Shown: positions 62,544-64,000 of the stretch, piece by piece | Layout of the letters: every line of letters begins with the position of its first letter | How positions within the stretch are numbered: the stretch's first letter is position 1 | Assembly: GCA_013112535.1 (NCBI GenBank) | Contig: JABFGI010000001.1 | Span: forward strand, 306,414 to 370,413 | DNA length: 64,000 nt | Direction of reading: 5' to 3' | From: Pseudomonadota bacterium | GTDB lineage: Bacteria; Pseudomonadota; Gammaproteobacteria; Eutrophobiales; Eutrophobiaceae | Notes under the pieces: generated by a model | What the model was told of the DNA's origin: nothing | Database searches by the model: none | The model's input: only the letters and a program-made list of their open reading frames with translations | Position numbers and translations under genes: made by a program

Positions 62544-63470
62544 TTGCAAATGAATCAAGCTTCCAAAACCCCATCTGACTTGTTGATTAAATCCAGACAG
62601 ATTATTGACTCTTTTCTTGATGTATTATGGATGGAAAGAGGACTTAGTGAAAATACCCTGGCTGCTTATCGTAGCGATTTAAATAAGTTCTCTCTTTGGT
62701 TACAGCAACGACAAACCGAATTAATAAAGACAAAAAAAGAAGATGTGCTAGCCTATCTGGCGTTAGATGAGAACAATACTGCCAGAACGGCTGCAAGACG
62801 CTTATCCAGTCTTCGTCGTTTGTTTGAATATTTGTTAAGTGAAGATCAGATTAAACAAAATCCGGTAAGTAATGTTGACGCGCCACGCTTGGGTCGTTCA
62901 TTACCAAAATCTTTAACGGAATCAGAAGTAGAAGCCTTGCTTGGTGCGCCTGATACAGAAGATGTATTGGGGATACGTGATAAATGTATGCTGGAATTGT
63001 TATATGCAACAGGTTTACGTGTATCAGAATTGGTAGGACTTGGCGTTCAACAATTAAATTTAAGGCAAGGTGTTGTTCGTGTTACCGGTAAAGGGAATAA
63101 GGAGCGCCTGGTTCCTTTAGGTGAAGAAGCGACACAATGGTTAGAGCAATATCTTTCTTCTGCACGTAATGACATTTTGAAAAACACAATGTCTGATGCG
63201 TTATTTCCCAGTAGACGTGGCAAAGCAATGACACGCCAAACTTTTTGGCACATGATTAAACGTTATGCCGTTATTGCCGGTGTTAATAAAACTTTATCTC
63301 CACATGTCCTACGCCATGCATTTGCTACTCACTTAATTAATCATGGTGCAGATCTAAGAGTTGTGCAGATGTTATTAGGTCACAGCGATATATCAACGAC
63401 GCAAATTTACACGCATGTTGCCAGGGAACGATTAAAAGATTTACATGGCAAACATCATCCCAGGGGATAG
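62544..63470 (+). CDS. xerD: Tyrosine recombinase XerD
   Basis: C-terminal RHAFATHLINHGADLRVVQMLLGHSDISTTQIYTHV with catalytic R-H-R-Y residues; XerD-type C-terminal tail. Confidence 0.85.
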   Translation: MQMNQASKTPSDLLIKSRQIIDSFLDVLWMERGLSENTLAAYRSDLNKFSLWLQQRQTELIKTKKEDVLAYLALDENNTARTAARRLSSLRRLFEYLLSEDQIKQNPVSNVDAPRLGRSLPKSLTESEVEALLGAPDTEDVLGIRDKCMLELLYATGLRVSELVGLGVQQLNLRQGVVRVTGKGNKERLVPLGEEATQWLEQYLSSARNDILKNTMSDALFPSRRGKAMTRQTFWHMIKRYAVIAGVNKTLSPHVLRHAFATHLINHGADLRVVQMLLGHSDISTTQIYTHVARERLKDLHGKHHPRG

Positions 63471-63488
63471 TTTAATCCAGCTCAAGTA

Positions 63489-64000
63489 TTATTTATGGTC
63501 TTGAGGTGGTAATACCGAGTACACTTCTTCAAGTGTTGTGAGTCCATCTGCTACTTTTTGTGCGCCGCCTATTTTTAATGGGCGCATACCTGTTTTTAAA
63601 GCTATGGCACGCAGCGTATCTATATCTGTATGTGAAGTTATGTTTTCTCGTAATGTCTGATTCATTGTTAGTATTTCATAAATGCCTGCGCGACCCATAT
63701 AACCCGTATGTCGACATTCATCACAACCGACCGGTTTACAAATTTTTGGTGGCATTTTCAATTTGTTAGGACTGGCAAATTCTTCCCAGGCCTGTTTGTT
63801 TGTCGGGACAGGTTCTTTGCAATGAAAACATAAAGTTCTTAGTAATCGTTGTGCGACAATACCTTGTATCGTTGCGTTTAATAAAAAGGGTTGCATGCCT
63901 ATATCAATTAAACGAGTAACCGCCGAAGGCGCATCATTGGTGTGTAAACTGGATAAGACTAAATGTCCTGTAAGTGCTGCTTGTATAGCGATGTCGGCTG
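63489..64000 (-). CDS. GspE/PilB-family secretion/pilus-assembly ATPase, C-terminal part (5' end beyond the window)
   Basis: Walker B/His box region ([10 protein letters not shown]...TRLIDIGM) and C-terminal tetracysteine (CFHCK...CDEC) typical of GspE/PilB. Frame is open to the window end. Confidence 0.7.
   Translation of the reverse strand, partial: ADIAIQAALTGHLVLSSLHTNDAPSAVTRLIDIGMQPFLLNATIQGIVAQRLLRTLCFHCKEPVPTNKQAWEEFASPNKLKMPPKICKPVGCDECRHTGYMGRAGIYEILTMNQTLRENITSHTDIDTLRAIALKTGMRPLKIGGAQKVADGLTTLEEVYSVLPPQDHK

Noticed and set aside
62544-63470. Considered xerD as the integrase for the thiC islet
   Set aside because: It is about 55 kb away, in the conserved housekeeping position after rplS, and has the chromosome-dimer-resolution XerD C-terminus. 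No recombinase gene is adjacent to the islet.

Overview
A 64-kb chromosomal window from a visibly AT-rich gammaproteobacterium. The gene order is Legionellales-like: surE-pcm-nlpD-rpoS, metY-rimP-nusA-infB-rbfA-truB-rpsO-pnp, rpsP-rimM-trmD-rplS-xerD, and mltD-gloB-yafS-rnhA-dnaQ.

Most of the window is housekeeping: thiC with a TPP riboswitch, adk, mrcB with an LpoP-like lipoprotein, argD-argF, apt, greB, aas, grxD, and a tolC operon.

Accessory or unusual content, in sequence order:
1. A ~1.15-kb islet inserted at the thiC 3' end. It is bounded by a ~120-bp, ~90%-identical direct repeat that re-encodes the last 38 codons of ThiC. It carries a diverged MqsR/MqsA-like toxin-antitoxin pair whose antitoxin has a long, non-canonical C-terminal domain.
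2. An operon-like cluster of a GT2 glycosyltransferase, a nucleosidase-family phosphorylase and an SSS symporter, with a divergent SDR-CMD pair.
3. A divergent Pat-type lysine acetyltransferase and HDAC-family deacetylase pair.
4. A patch downstream of dnaQ with a PP2C-like phosphatase, a RelE/ParE toxin-antitoxin pair and frameshifted small membrane ORFs.
5. A Lys/Ala-rich histone H1-like protein behind a very AT-rich leader.
6. An orphan FlhB C-terminal domain gene paired with a FliK-like gene.
7. An AmmeMemoRadiSam system with the Memo-like and AMMECR1 components fused into one protein.
8. An ECF sigma factor and anti-sigma factor pair next to a peroxiredoxin-glutaredoxin hybrid.
9. A candidate 6S RNA locus upstream of the 5-formyl-THF cyclo-ligase gene, predicted by synteny only.

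No CRISPR array, rRNA gene or intact IS element was seen. Several track ORFs antisense to real genes are rejected as artefacts.
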